A stretch of 62,732 nucleotides of DNA, counting the filler, from Nitrospirota bacterium (lineage in GTDB: Bacteria; JACPQY01): assembly GCA_016180645.1 (NCBI GenBank). It is 3 parts of 3 records of this genome, joined end to end, with 100 filler letters (N's around TTAATTAATTAA, not from the genome) between each part and the next. Parts side by side here need not be neighbours in the genome. Positions count along the whole stretch, not along the records: positions 1 to 31,543 come from JACPAV010000004.1; 2 more parts are not named here. One strand, 5' to 3'. The number at the start of each line of letters is the position of its first letter. Position 1 is the first letter of the stretch. This document shows, piece by piece, positions 8,606 to 18,077 of the stretch. The notes under the pieces were generated by a model that was not told the DNA's origin, made no database searches, and saw nothing but the letters and a program-made list of their open reading frames with translations. Position numbers and translations under genes: made by a program.

Positions 8606-9496
8606 TCACTTCTTGAAGTCCTCGAAAAAGGATTCGTCGATAACGAAAGCAGCCCGGGGCTTGAGGCCGAGCTCAAGCTTTTCGAACATATCGAGTAGCT
8701 TCTCGCCATCTACAAGCTCTATCGGAGGGACACCATCTCGCACAGCTTCTTGACGAGCGTCGGCCGTGAAAGTTCCTGTCGTAAGAATGATGCCCTTGTC
8801 AGCACGGCCGGCCATGGCTCCTCTGAAATCACGCACCTGTCCAGGCGTGACTGTGCCACTATACTTCTTACACTGGAAGAGAACGCGGAAGCTGACGAAG
8901 GGATTGACTTCAAGAACGCCATTCCCATCAATTCCCCCGTCACCAGATCGCCCGGTAACCGTTACATGCTGGAATCCCGACTCTCGAAGTAGCCGCTGAC
9001 ACAGTCTTTCAAAACCAGCAGAGGGGAGCGCTCTTATCAGCAGCAACAGACCTTCACGGTGGCCATGGCCCCGCGCCGCTACCGCAGACTCCGGCAATGA
9101 CTCTTCAAGAAGCTGTTCTGTTCCATCCGTCCTTGGTTTTGCTTTCCACTCGGCAGTGAACAACTTGTGCAACTCCCTAAAGAGCTGCAAGGCCGCCGCA
9201 TGAGACAGAGTGGTTGCGCGCCCCTTCTCTGTCAGGCTCCATACACCTCGTTTCGACGACTCGTCCAGCAAGCGAGCTCGGGTTAGGTAGAACCGAGCCC
9301 ATGCCACTTGATTCGCAAACCGAGATTGGCCACTCTCCATCTGTTCGCCCTGCTCCTTCTCCGAGATGCTAAGAAGCGAGACAGTCTTGTTTCGGACCTC
9401 TTCCGGACTACCCGAGCCGCCAAGTTCTTTCAATGCTTCAAGGACGGGACCGAAATATCGTACAAAGCGCGGCCCTTTCCCTTCGTTTTTACTCAT
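8606..9496 (-). CDS. mrr: Mrr restriction endonuclease (type IV)
   Basis: Mrr_N (NQVAWARFYL..RGVWSLT) plus catalytic FERL..GDGGIDG..QCKKY..VRDFRG. Confidence 0.92.
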   Translation of the reverse strand: MSKNEGKGPRFVRYFGPVLEALKELGGSGSPEEVRNKTVSLLSISEKEQGEQMESGQSRFANQVAWARFYLTRARLLDESSKRGVWSLTEKGRATTLSHAAALQLFRELHKLFTAEWKAKPRTDGTEQLLEESLPESAVAARGHGHREGLLLLIRALPSAGFERLCQRLLRESGFQHVTVTGRSGDGGIDGNGVLEVNPFVSFRVLFQCKKYSGTVTPGQVRDFRGAMAGRADKGIILTTGTFTADARQEAVRDGVPPIELVDGEKLLDMFEKLELGLKPRAAFVIDESFFEDFKK

Positions 9497-9639
9497 TTCA
9501 TGCCCCCTTGGCGGTCGTCCTGGTCCGGTAAACCACTGACTAGGTAACCATCTTACCCTGATATTCCAGCCATCTGGCGGTCTCCTGGCGGTTTTGGACG
9601 ATACCCGTAACTGACGCGGCCAAGGGCCATTTGGGAGAT

Positions 9640-9668
9640 ACGGTATGCCTCCGCTCACCCAAGGTCAA
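9640..9668 (-). promoter_or_regulatory. Putative sigma-70 promoter driving the cassette array
   Basis: Minus strand TTGACC-N17-TACCGT upstream of mrr. Confidence 0.4.
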
Positions 9669-9732
9669 CAGCCCCCTCATCTCTTGATGGGGAGGATGGT
9701 GGTGGGGGGGGGGCTGAACGGATACGCGAGAA

Positions 9733-10581
9733 TTACAATTCCGGGATGGGGAAGCCGAGGGTGCCGCCGAGGGCGAGGCGGTAGTAGCCTTCGCCGTCCA
9801 CACGCAATTTGCCGCTGACGAGCGGAGTGAGTTTGGCGACTAGATCGCCCATGGGCTTGAAGAAGATTTCGGCATGAAGCGGGCTGCTTGAGAGAGGGGC
9901 TTGGAGAACGACGGTGCCGTCGGCTCGGGCGGCGAGATCGCGGCCTTGAAGAAAAGCCTCCCGCAGGATCGCTTGGGACTTGTCGAAGCCGATCTGGAGA
10001 TCCAGCCGGCCGAGTTCGCCGGACGGAATCTGGACGACGAAAAGGTCGAGATTGTCCAATCGGATTTTCTCCCCATGGAGCTGAATGAAGCCGTCCAGCG
10101 ACAACGATGTGGCGGTGTCGACGGTGACTTCGGCTTCGCCGGAGAGAGAGCCCTTGATTTTCCGGGCTACCAACGCCGGCAAAGGGAGTTGTGTCGGATC
10201 GAGCGATGCCCATTTCGCCTTCACGCCGGTCTTCTTGCCTTTCCATCGATAGGAACCGCTCAGCGATCCGCCGAAGCCGCGAACGCGGAATGATACTCCA
10301 GGCTCCAGCTTGAAGATCGTCCACGACGGAGTCAGGACGACCCGGTCCATGAAGATCGTGGGCAGGCTGGGAGGAATGGCGAGCGATACTCCGCGCGCGC
10401 TCAACCCAATCGGGAGCGCAAGGTTCAGCGTTTCGAAATCGATGAGGACCCGGCCGGCCGGATCGACTTTGGCGAGAATCTTCTGCGCGATTTTCTCATA
10501 GGGGAAGAGGAGCGCAATGAAGATGAGCGTCATGGCACTCCCGTATAGAATGTACGGCCAACGGGGATGATCTTTTTTCAT
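9733..10581 (-). CDS. gspN: Type II secretion protein N
   Basis: N-terminal TM ending LFPYE, beta-rich body, C-terminal LGGTLGFP; follows gspL-gspM. Confidence 0.75.
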   Translation of the reverse strand: MKKDHPRWPYILYGSAMTLIFIALLFPYEKIAQKILAKVDPAGRVLIDFETLNLALPIGLSARGVSLAIPPSLPTIFMDRVVLTPSWTIFKLEPGVSFRVRGFGGSLSGSYRWKGKKTGVKAKWASLDPTQLPLPALVARKIKGSLSGEAEVTVDTATSLSLDGFIQLHGEKIRLDNLDLFVVQIPSGELGRLDLQIGFDKSQAILREAFLQGRDLAARADGTVVLQAPLSSSPLHAEIFFKPMGDLVAKLTPLVSGKLRVDGEGYYRLALGGTLGFPIPEL

Positions 10582-10608
10582 GGAAAACGACTCAAGCGGC
10601 TTTGGGGC

Positions 10609-11133
10609 TCAGCCGCCGCGCGGGGAGAGCGAGTAGACGCGTACCACGGCGTCCAGCAGCTCGGGCTTGTCCGATCGCTTGCGAATTTGAAGCCGGTCCG
10701 TTCGAATGGATCGTTCCCTGAACCCTTCCACGTTGACGAGGTAGTTGCTCAGTTGCTTGAGTGTAAGGCGCTCCAATTTCACCTCCACGTACTCCAGGGG
10801 CAGCTCCGCGGCAGGCGGGCTGGATGAGGGAATCATGCTGAGGACCTGGTCCTGGGCGATTTCGCTCTGCCGGGTCAGCCCGTCCATCGCCGCAACGAGG
10901 GAAGGTGCCACTCCCGTGGAGATGCCTTGCGCCTGGGCGGACTGCTTGAGTTTTTCGTAGCGACTCTTCAGCCGCTCGAACTCCTCGAGGTCCGTTTGGG
11001 CAGTGGCCGAGGGTCCCCGCATTTCCCCAATTTTCTTGGAGATACCAGGAAGGAGGAAAAAGAGGAACGTCATGAGAAACATTCCGCCGCCCACGATGGC
11101 CAGGAACTTTTCTCGCTTCGAAAGCGCCCTCAC
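10609..11133 (-). CDS. gspM: Type II secretion protein M
   Basis: LSKREK-TM start, coiled coil, VEVKLERLTLKQL..LDA domain. Confidence 0.8.
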   Translation of the reverse strand: MRALSKREKFLAIVGGGMFLMTFLFFLLPGISKKIGEMRGPSATAQTDLEEFERLKSRYEKLKQSAQAQGISTGVAPSLVAAMDGLTRQSEIAQDQVLSMIPSSSPPAAELPLEYVEVKLERLTLKQLSNYLVNVEGFRERSIRTDRLQIRKRSDKPELLDAVVRVYSLSPRGG

Positions 11134-11203
11134 CCCATCACCCCTCTCCGGAATTCAGGATTTGAGATTTGAGATTTCAGCTCTTGTGGGAAGGGGTGGG
11201 AAA

Positions 11204-12709
11204 TCATCGCGCGGCTCCCCCGATCTTGGCGTGGGCCAGTTCGAATGACACGCTGAACTGAACCTCCCCGCCCGAAGTCGCGCGAGTCTGGGCGAGCTTT
11301 ACATTTCGCAGGAGCTTGGAGGTTTGCAGGCCTTGGTAAATGGATTCCGCGCCGGCAAACGAGGACGCCCGCCCTTCAAGCGTGCCGCGGACTTCTTCGA
11401 TCTTGAGGGCGTAGATGGTGGCGAGGCTCTCCTCGGGAAGCAGGCGGCTGATGTCGGTCAGGATGTCGAGCGCCGAGGGCGTGTTCTGCGCGCCGCGCTG
11501 GGCCATTTCGAGTCGGTGTGCGCGGGCTTTCAGATCCTCCACTTCCTTCCCGGCGGGTGTGGAGGCGCCTTCGGGGACCAGTCTCAGATAGTCCGAGCGC
11601 ATTTGAGATCTAATCTTGCCGGACTGCCGCATGCGCACAATCGCTCCCGTCGCGAAATCGGCGAACACGGCGCCCGCGAGAACGGCGGCCAGAAGGACGG
11701 GCCCCTTCCACTCCGCCTGCCAGAACGCGCGCTGTCGTCGGTACTCCAATTCACCCTGACGAAGATTCAGGCGCGAGAGGTCTCTCGAGTCCATTGCGCT
11801 CAGGGCGCTCCCAAGCGCGACAAGGGTGCGCTGACGATCCTGCGGCGCCGTGCGGGCCGGACCCCCGGCCGAGGTAGCGGGTGACAGGGGCGGAGCGGCC
11901 TCGACCTTCAGACCGAGCTCTTCACGGAGGCGGGAGATGGCCGGGTCGTCCGGAGAGAGATCCCCGCTCATGAAGAATCGTTCTACCGGCATTTGGAATT
12001 CGACCTCCGAGTGGGAAAGAACCTGACGCATGTTCCGCACGAGCTGCGCCTCGGGTCCGTGGCCGTTCCGGCTGAGGAACACCGTGTGTCCGACTTTGAG
12101 AAGGCCGTTTTCGAAAACTCCTATGGAGGCATAGCCGTCCGCCACATGCAGGACTCCGACCGGTTTCGCGGTGGGTGGACCGGCCAGGACCACCTGGCCG
12201 AGCGCCACAAGGCTGCTCTGCACCCGGGTCGGCTCGAGCCCGGCTTCCTTGAGCGTAGTCAGGAGCCCCTTGAGCGCCTCTTTCTTCGAGCCGACGACGA
12301 ACACCTTTGCCCCCGCGGCTTCGCTGCCGAGGATGGCGAAATCGAAAACCACCTGCTCGATTTCCAAGGGCAGTTGGTCCTCCATCTCGCCGGGGAGCAC
12401 CGCTTCGAGGCGGCGGCGATCCTTGAATTTTGATTTTACGATGAACGTCTTGTGGAAGACGCGGTTCGACGGCACCGCGAGCACGATTTCGCGAATCTGT
12501 TCCGGCGAGACCAGCTTTTTCCGGAGCGCAACGAGCGCCTGCTTTAGAGCGGCCTCCGGGGCGAGGTCGGGTCCGGAAGGGACCGGTTCGACATAGAGCT
12601 TCAACCCCTCGGGTTTCCGGGCGTTTCCGGACAGCTCTACGGCCTGGATGGAGAGGCGGCCGATATCAAGCCCCAGGACTCTCTTGGAAAGACCGATGCG
12701 GCGGATCAT
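11204..12709 (-). CDS. gspL: Type II secretion protein L (PilM-like actin domain plus PilN-like region)
   Basis: VLGLDIG, EDQLPL, NLRQGE before the TM, PSALDIL..LEG; start uncertain. Confidence 0.8.
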   Translation of the reverse strand: MIRRIGLSKRVLGLDIGRLSIQAVELSGNARKPEGLKLYVEPVPSGPDLAPEAALKQALVALRKKLVSPEQIREIVLAVPSNRVFHKTFIVKSKFKDRRRLEAVLPGEMEDQLPLEIEQVVFDFAILGSEAAGAKVFVVGSKKEALKGLLTTLKEAGLEPTRVQSSLVALGQVVLAGPPTAKPVGVLHVADGYASIGVFENGLLKVGHTVFLSRNGHGPEAQLVRNMRQVLSHSEVEFQMPVERFFMSGDLSPDDPAISRLREELGLKVEAAPPLSPATSAGGPARTAPQDRQRTLVALGSALSAMDSRDLSRLNLRQGELEYRRQRAFWQAEWKGPVLLAAVLAGAVFADFATGAIVRMRQSGKIRSQMRSDYLRLVPEGASTPAGKEVEDLKARAHRLEMAQRGAQNTPSALDILTDISRLLPEESLATIYALKIEEVRGTLEGRASSFAGAESIYQGLQTSKLLRNVKLAQTRATSGGEVQFSVSFELAHAKIGGAAR

Positions 12710-12880
12710 TCGCAGCCATTTTAGCACAGCCTGCCGCACCCCGCCTTCTTTTGCCTCCCATCGTGGTCGGCTTGCGTGGCGGGGTACCGCACCGTCCCTG
12801 GCTGGCACTTGCCGTTCAGGCGCCGCCCGTCCTTGAGACGGCTTTCCTGGCGGCAAGTACCGCACCCTCCCTGGCTGGCC

Positions 12881-12908
12881 TTGACGCATGTCAGCTCTAT
12901 GTTATGAT
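12881..12908 (+). promoter_or_regulatory. Sigma-70 promoter of the zapB-like/zapA operon
   Basis: TTGACG-N16-TATGAT with extended TG; implies a near-leaderless GTG start at 12916. Confidence 0.55.
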
Positions 12909-12915
12909 CGAAAAT

Positions 12916-13158
12916 GTGGAAGCCAAGACCGTTATCGATGCGGTTGATGAGCTTGAAAAAGTGACGAATTCCCTTCTAAACCGCGCCCGGACGTTGAGGT
13001 CCCAGCGCCTTCAGCTCAAGCAGAACCTGACGGGGAAAGATCAGGAGCTGACGAGGCTGGAAGGGTGGCAGGCGAGGCAGAAGGAACGAGAAAAAGAGGT
13101 GCTGTGGCGTTTGGAAAAGGTCGTGAAAGCTTTGGATCGAATGGGGGTTGAGGCATGA
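12916..13158 (+). CDS. ZapB-like coiled-coil protein
   Basis: All-coiled-coil 80 aa overlapping the zapA start; alternative start 12904. Confidence 0.65.
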   Translation: MEAKTVIDAVDELEKVTNSLLNRARTLRSQRLQLKQNLTGKDQELTRLEGWQARQKEREKEVLWRLEKVVKALDRMGVEA

Positions 13159-13445
13159 GTCGTAATCAGAAAGTGAAGGTGTACGGCCATGTCTTCTCGA
13201 TCAAGACCAGCCGGGACCCCGCTTTCACGCAGGAGGTGGCGCATCACATCGATCGTCAGATGCGCGAGGTGGCCACCGCCAACAAAACCAGCACAACCGA
13301 ACAAATCGCTCTCCTCGCAGCGCTGAACATTACGGGTCAGTTGCTGGAGGAAAGGAGGAACAACGAAGCCGTTTTGACCAAGGTTTCGCAACTGCGGAGA
13401 AGTGTGGAAGCTGAGATTTCGAAAGATACAGAAAGCAAAAGCTGA
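13155..13445 (+). CDS. zapA: Cell division protein ZapA
   Basis: VKVYGHVFSIK..VAHHIDRQM..IALLAALNI. Confidence 0.9.
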   Translation: MSRNQKVKVYGHVFSIKTSRDPAFTQEVAHHIDRQMREVATANKTSTTEQIALLAALNITGQLLEERRNNEAVLTKVSQLRRSVEAEISKDTESKS

Positions 13446-13461
13446 GAACGTATGAAAAATA

Positions 13462-13645
13462 TGTTTCCCTGGGATGTGGGTGAGCGCGGCCTGAGATTGA
13501 GCCATCGTGGTAAGTCATTGGGGATCTCCGTTCGATCGGGGACGCGTCACCCTCTTCGGGGGGTTTGCGAGAACCGGTTGCACCGTTCCCCCCCTACACC
13601 GTAGGGGTTCAATTTCAACCGTTCCACCGCATTCCCGGGGAAACA
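13462..13645 (+). ncRNA. ssrS: 6S RNA
   Basis: 184 nt; ends TGTTTCCCTGGGATGTGG / CCGCATTCCCGGGGAAACA pair; canonical position between zapA and ygfA. Confidence 0.9.
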
Positions 13646-13679
13646 GCCGATCCTCGCTCCCGGTCTCCGCCCACAAACG

Positions 13680-14252
13680 ATGGTGGGCAGCAAAGAACAC
13701 ATTCGAGCCAAACTTCTAAGACGCCGCCGGGCACTGACTCCCTCCGAGCACGAGGGCCGGAGCCGGGCCGTGGGCCTTCTGGCCCTGAGGCTGTCCGCCC
13801 TCCGGTCCGCCCGAAGCGTGGCGCTGTATCGCGACATGCGGAATGAGGTCGCGACCGGGTTCCTGTTTGACCGGCTCCGGCGGCGGCGGAAGAGAGTATC
13901 GCTGCCCAAGGTGTCGGGACGCCGCTTGGCCTTTTATCGCGTCGATCGGTGGGATAACCTCCGTCCGGGCTACGAGGGGATTCCGGAGCCGGTTGCGCGC
14001 GCGGGCCGGCGGAATCGTCTCGACGCCATCGATTTCTTTTTTGTGCCGGGGGTGGCCTTCGATCGTCGAGGCAACCGGCTCGGCCACGGGGGGGGGTTCT
14101 ACGATCGCATTCTCGGCCGACGCCGGCCCTCCAGCGTCGCTTGCGGGTTATGCTTCGATTTTCAACTCCTGAACGAATTGCCTCGACAGGCGCACGACCG
14201 ACCGGTCGACGTGATCGTCACGGAAAAGGAGGTCATTCACACCCATGCCTGA
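13680..14252 (+). CDS. ygfA: 5-formyltetrahydrofolate cyclo-ligase
   Basis: VPGVAFDRRGNRLGHGGGFYDR and HDRPVDVIVTE. Confidence 0.93.
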   Translation: MVGSKEHIRAKLLRRRRALTPSEHEGRSRAVGLLALRLSALRSARSVALYRDMRNEVATGFLFDRLRRRRKRVSLPKVSGRRLAFYRVDRWDNLRPGYEGIPEPVARAGRRNRLDAIDFFFVPGVAFDRRGNRLGHGGGFYDRILGRRRPSSVACGLCFDFQLLNELPRQAHDRPVDVIVTEKEVIHTHA

Positions 14253-15810
14253 AATTCTCCTCTCCTTCGGTTTACCGGTGGTGATCGGAGCAGCCGTGGC
14301 GGGTCTTCTCACGGCTGTTCTGTACTCCACGAAAGTAAAGAAGAATCGGGCCGATGCCCAGGCCGAAGCCGCGCGGCTGGCCGAAGGTGCCCGGAAAGAA
14401 TCGGAGTCTGCGCGGGAGAAAATCGAGAAGCAGGCCCGGGATCAGGCGAACCGGATCCGGACGGAGGCCGAGCAGTCAATTGCCGACCGGCGGCGCGAAA
14501 TCGAGAAGTGGGAGCGCAAGCTCCGGGGCCGGGATGAGGTGGTGGACCAGAAGTACAAGATCATCGAGCAGCGGCAGTCGGATCTTCAGCGCAAGGAGCG
14601 GACGCTCGCCGAGCAAAGCGAGACCTTGCGCAGGAAAATCGAGGAGGCGGATGGCGTGAGGGACCGCCTGGTGGCGAAGGTCGAGGAGGTTTCCGGTCTG
14701 AGCCGCGAGGACGCCCGCAAGCAGCTCGCCGCCCAGATGGAGGCGGAAGCCAAGATGGAAGTGGCGAAGGCCATGCGAAAACACGAGGAAGAAGCCCGGA
14801 AGACCGCGGAAGAGAAAGCCAAGCACATTATTGTCGAGGCCATCCAGCGCTGGGCGGGCGAACTTTCACCGGAGGCGACGACCACGGTGATCGACCTTCA
14901 GGATGACGAGGTCAAAGGGCGCATCATCGGCCGGGAGGGCCGCAACATTCGTGCTTTCGAGGCGGCAACCGGCGTGGACGTGGTGATCGACGACACCCCG
15001 GGCACGTTGCTGCTCTCCTCCCTTAATCCAGTGCGGCGCGAGGTGGCGCGAGTGGCGATCAAGAAACTCATCGGAGACGGGCGCATCCATCCGGGCCGCA
15101 TTGAGGAGGTGGTGGAGCGGGCGAAGAAGGACGTGGACAAGCGGATGATGGACGCTGCGGAGAAGGCCCTGCTGGATCTCCGGATCCACGGGATGCACCC
15201 TGAACTGGTCCGGCATCTTGGGCAGCTCTTATACCGAACGAGCTACTCGCAAAATGTTCTCTACCACAGTGTTGAAGCAGGATTCATCGGCGGGATCATC
15301 GCCGTGGAGCTGGGCCTGGACCAGAAATTGGCGCGCCGGATCTGTCTCCTTCATGACATCGGGAAGGCCGTGTCGCACGAGGTGGAGGGGACGCACATGG
15401 ACATCGCCGCCGATCTGCTGCGCCGATGCGGCGAGTCCGAAGAAGTCATCAAGGGTGTGGAGGGGCACCACGAGGCCGAGCCGCCCACTATCTTCTGCGT
15501 CATCGCGCAGGCGGCGGACGCGATTTCGGGCGCGCGGCCTGGGGCGCGACTCGAATCGCTGGAGAACTACGTCAAGCGCGTGGACTCGCTGGAGAAAATC
15601 GCCCAGTCGTTCCCCGGCGTGGAGAAGGCCTACGCCATCCAGGCGGGACGCGAAATCCGCGTTGCGGTGGACTGCAAGAGAGTCAACGATGACGAGGTGT
15701 ACATGCTCTCCAAAGACATCGCGAACAAGATCCAGCAGGAGATGACGTATCCCGGGGAGATCAAAGTGACCGTGATCCGCGAGGTGCGCGGAGTGGAGGT
15801 GGCCCATTAG
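14245..15810 (+). CDS. rny: Ribonuclease Y
   Basis: TM, coiled coil, KH (KGRIIGREGRNIR), HD (LLHDIGK), AIQAGREIR. Confidence 0.97.
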   Translation: MPEILLSFGLPVVIGAAVAGLLTAVLYSTKVKKNRADAQAEAARLAEGARKESESAREKIEKQARDQANRIRTEAEQSIADRRREIEKWERKLRGRDEVVDQKYKIIEQRQSDLQRKERTLAEQSETLRRKIEEADGVRDRLVAKVEEVSGLSREDARKQLAAQMEAEAKMEVAKAMRKHEEEARKTAEEKAKHIIVEAIQRWAGELSPEATTTVIDLQDDEVKGRIIGREGRNIRAFEAATGVDVVIDDTPGTLLLSSLNPVRREVARVAIKKLIGDGRIHPGRIEEVVERAKKDVDKRMMDAAEKALLDLRIHGMHPELVRHLGQLLYRTSYSQNVLYHSVEAGFIGGIIAVELGLDQKLARRICLLHDIGKAVSHEVEGTHMDIAADLLRRCGESEEVIKGVEGHHEAEPPTIFCVIAQAADAISGARPGARLESLENYVKRVDSLEKIAQSFPGVEKAYAIQAGREIRVAVDCKRVNDDEVYMLSKDIANKIQQEMTYPGEIKVTVIREVRGVEVAH

Positions 15811-15858
15811 ACAATTTGAGATTTCAGATTTGAGATTTGAGAGTGCGGAGAAGATGTC

Positions 15859-16887
15859 GTGAAGGCGGTGGTGTTGCACAAGACCGGCGGGGTGGAGGGG
15901 CTCCACTATGAAACCGTGCCCGATCCGGAGTTGCGTGATGACGACGTTTTGGTGCGCATTCGCGCGTGCGGCGTGTGCTACCGGGATCTGCTCGACCGGC
16001 GGGGAAAGTTCCCGTTCATCCAGATTCCGATTATTACCGGCCATGAGTTCTCGGGCGAGGTGGTGAAGGTGGGAAGGAACGCGGGCGAGTGGTCGCCGGG
16101 CGATCGCGTGGTGAACCTTCACCGGAACCCCTGCGGTTTTTGCGGCCCATGTTCGATTGGCGACGAGATCCACTGCGAGCACGCCCACGCCCATTTCGGG
16201 CTGACCTGGCCGGGCGGATACGCGGAATACGTGGCCGCTCCGAAGACGAGCCTCGTGCGTCTGCCGGATTCAATTCCGTTCACCGACGGGGCGGTCCTCA
16301 TGTGTACGGCGGCGGTGGCCCTGCGGGCCGTGAAAGTGCGGGCCGACGTCCGCTTGGGCGAAAAAGTCCTCATCACGGGGGCGTCCGGCGGCGTGGGTAC
16401 CATGGCGCTCCAGGTTGCCAAACAGTGCGGGGCCTCGGTCGTTGCCGTGACGTCGAGTGACGGGAAGAAAAAGCATTTGGAGGAGATGGGCGCGGACGAG
16501 GTACACGTCAGTCCGACCGGCAGTTTCCACAAGGAGATCGGCGGCGGACCGATGGGCGGGGTGGACGTGGCGGTGGAGATCGTCGGGAGCGCGACGTTCA
16601 ACTCCTCACTCCGGTGTCTCAAGCCGGGGGGCCGCCTCATCCTGGTGGGGAACGTCACTGGCGAGCGCGTGGAGCTCAATCCGGGGATCATCATCCTCAA
16701 GGCGCTCAAGATCATCGGATCGGATTCCTGCTCGCGGGCCGAACTGACCGAAACCATCCGGCTCGTGGAGGCGAAAAAATTGAGGGTGCATGTCTCGAAA
16801 TCCTTCCCTCTGAGCGAGGCGGCGAAAGCCCAGACGTGGCTCGAAGAGAAGAAATCGTCCGGCCGCACCGTGCTGATCCCGAATTGA
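15859..16887 (+). CDS. Zn-dependent medium-chain alcohol dehydrogenase/reductase
   Basis: GVCYRD, GHE, CGFCGPC..C structural zinc, GASGGVG. Confidence 0.92.
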   Translation: MKAVVLHKTGGVEGLHYETVPDPELRDDDVLVRIRACGVCYRDLLDRRGKFPFIQIPIITGHEFSGEVVKVGRNAGEWSPGDRVVNLHRNPCGFCGPCSIGDEIHCEHAHAHFGLTWPGGYAEYVAAPKTSLVRLPDSIPFTDGAVLMCTAAVALRAVKVRADVRLGEKVLITGASGGVGTMALQVAKQCGASVVAVTSSDGKKKHLEEMGADEVHVSPTGSFHKEIGGGPMGGVDVAVEIVGSATFNSSLRCLKPGGRLILVGNVTGERVELNPGIIILKALKIIGSDSCSRAELTETIRLVEAKKLRVHVSKSFPLSEAAKAQTWLEEKKSSGRTVLIPN

Positions 16888-18077
16888 TGGTGCCAGCAGA
16901 CCAACAGCTCGCCCTGATCCGCCGGGGTTGCGTGGAGATTATCAAGGAGGAGGACCTTGCCGCCCGGTTGGCGACGGGAAAACCGCTCCGTGTGAAGGCG
17001 GGATTCGATCCCACCGCGCCGGATCTCCACCTCGGCCATCTCGTGCTGTTCGAGAAGCTCCGCCAATTCCAGGAACTCGGTCACGTGCCGGTGGTCATCA
17101 TGGGCGACTTCACGGCACGCGTGGGCGATCCATCGGGACACGACCAAACGCGTCCAACCCTTTCCCCGGCCGAGATTGAGCGCAATACCGAACGGTTCTT
17201 GCAACAGCTCGGGAAGGTACTCAACTTGAAGGGTGTGGAGATACGAAGGAACTCCGATTGGATCTCGAGGATCGGCCGAGAAGGAGTTTTCGGGTTCCTG
17301 GATTGGCTTTCCGCCATCGGGGCGCCTCCGATCCAGCGTCTCTTGGAGCGGGAAGAATTCCAGAAGCGGAAAGAGAGGCGGGAGCCGATCTACATCCAGC
17401 AGCTCCTCTACCCCCTCTTTCAGGCCTACGACTCCGTCTGTGTTCAGGCCGACGTGGAGCTTGGGGGGACCGACCAGAAATTCAACCTCCTGTTGGGTCG
17501 GGAGGTTCAGCAGACGTTGGATCAGCCGCCTCAGGTGGCCGTGCTCCTTCCCCTCTTGGTCGGTACGGATGGGACGAAGAAGATGAGCAAATCGCTCGGG
17601 AACCATGTAGCTCTCGAAGACTCCCCTGTGGAGATGTTCGGTAAGGTCATGTCGATCGGCGACAGCGTAATGAAGACCTATTACGAGCTGCTGACATCGG
17701 AGACCGTGGATGACGGGCACCCAATGGAGGCGAAGAAAAGGCTGGCCTCCTTGGTCGTGGGGCGTCTGCACGGCGCAGCGTCGGCCGCCGAGGCCGCCCG
17801 GGACTTCACGATGAAGTTCCAAAAAAAAGAACTCCCTGAAGACATGCCCGAAGTGCGGCTGCCGGCGACCGGAGCCCCCCTGCTCCTGTGCGACGCCATG
17901 GCGGGTCCGCTCGGCCTCGCGCCCTCGAAGAGCGAGGCGCGCCGGCTTATCCGGCAAAAGGGAGTTCGAATCAATGAACAGACCGTGGACGATGAAAAGG
18001 CCCTCCTGCCTCTGGAGGATGGGCTGGTTGTCCAGGTCGGAAGACGAAAATTCGTGAAGGTGAGGATAGTGAAGTGA
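16887..18077 (+). CDS. tyrS: Tyrosyl-tRNA synthetase
   Basis: GFDPTAPDLHLGH, GGTDQKFN, KMSKS, C-terminal S4 domain; TGATG coupling with the upstream gene. Confidence 0.97.
   Translation: MVPADQQLALIRRGCVEIIKEEDLAARLATGKPLRVKAGFDPTAPDLHLGHLVLFEKLRQFQELGHVPVVIMGDFTARVGDPSGHDQTRPTLSPAEIERNTERFLQQLGKVLNLKGVEIRRNSDWISRIGREGVFGFLDWLSAIGAPPIQRLLEREEFQKRKERREPIYIQQLLYPLFQAYDSVCVQADVELGGTDQKFNLLLGREVQQTLDQPPQVAVLLPLLVGTDGTKKMSKSLGNHVALEDSPVEMFGKVMSIGDSVMKTYYELLTSETVDDGHPMEAKKRLASLVVGRLHGAASAAEAARDFTMKFQKKELPEDMPEVRLPATGAPLLLCDAMAGPLGLAPSKSEARRLIRQKGVRINEQTVDDEKALLPLEDGLVVQVGRRKFVKVRIVK

Noticed and set aside
16119-17957. Long antisense ORFs (also 26339-27721, 33974-35260, 44708-46090, 53547-55037, 55978-57174)
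   Set aside because: Shadows of real genes in high-GC DNA; no motifs.
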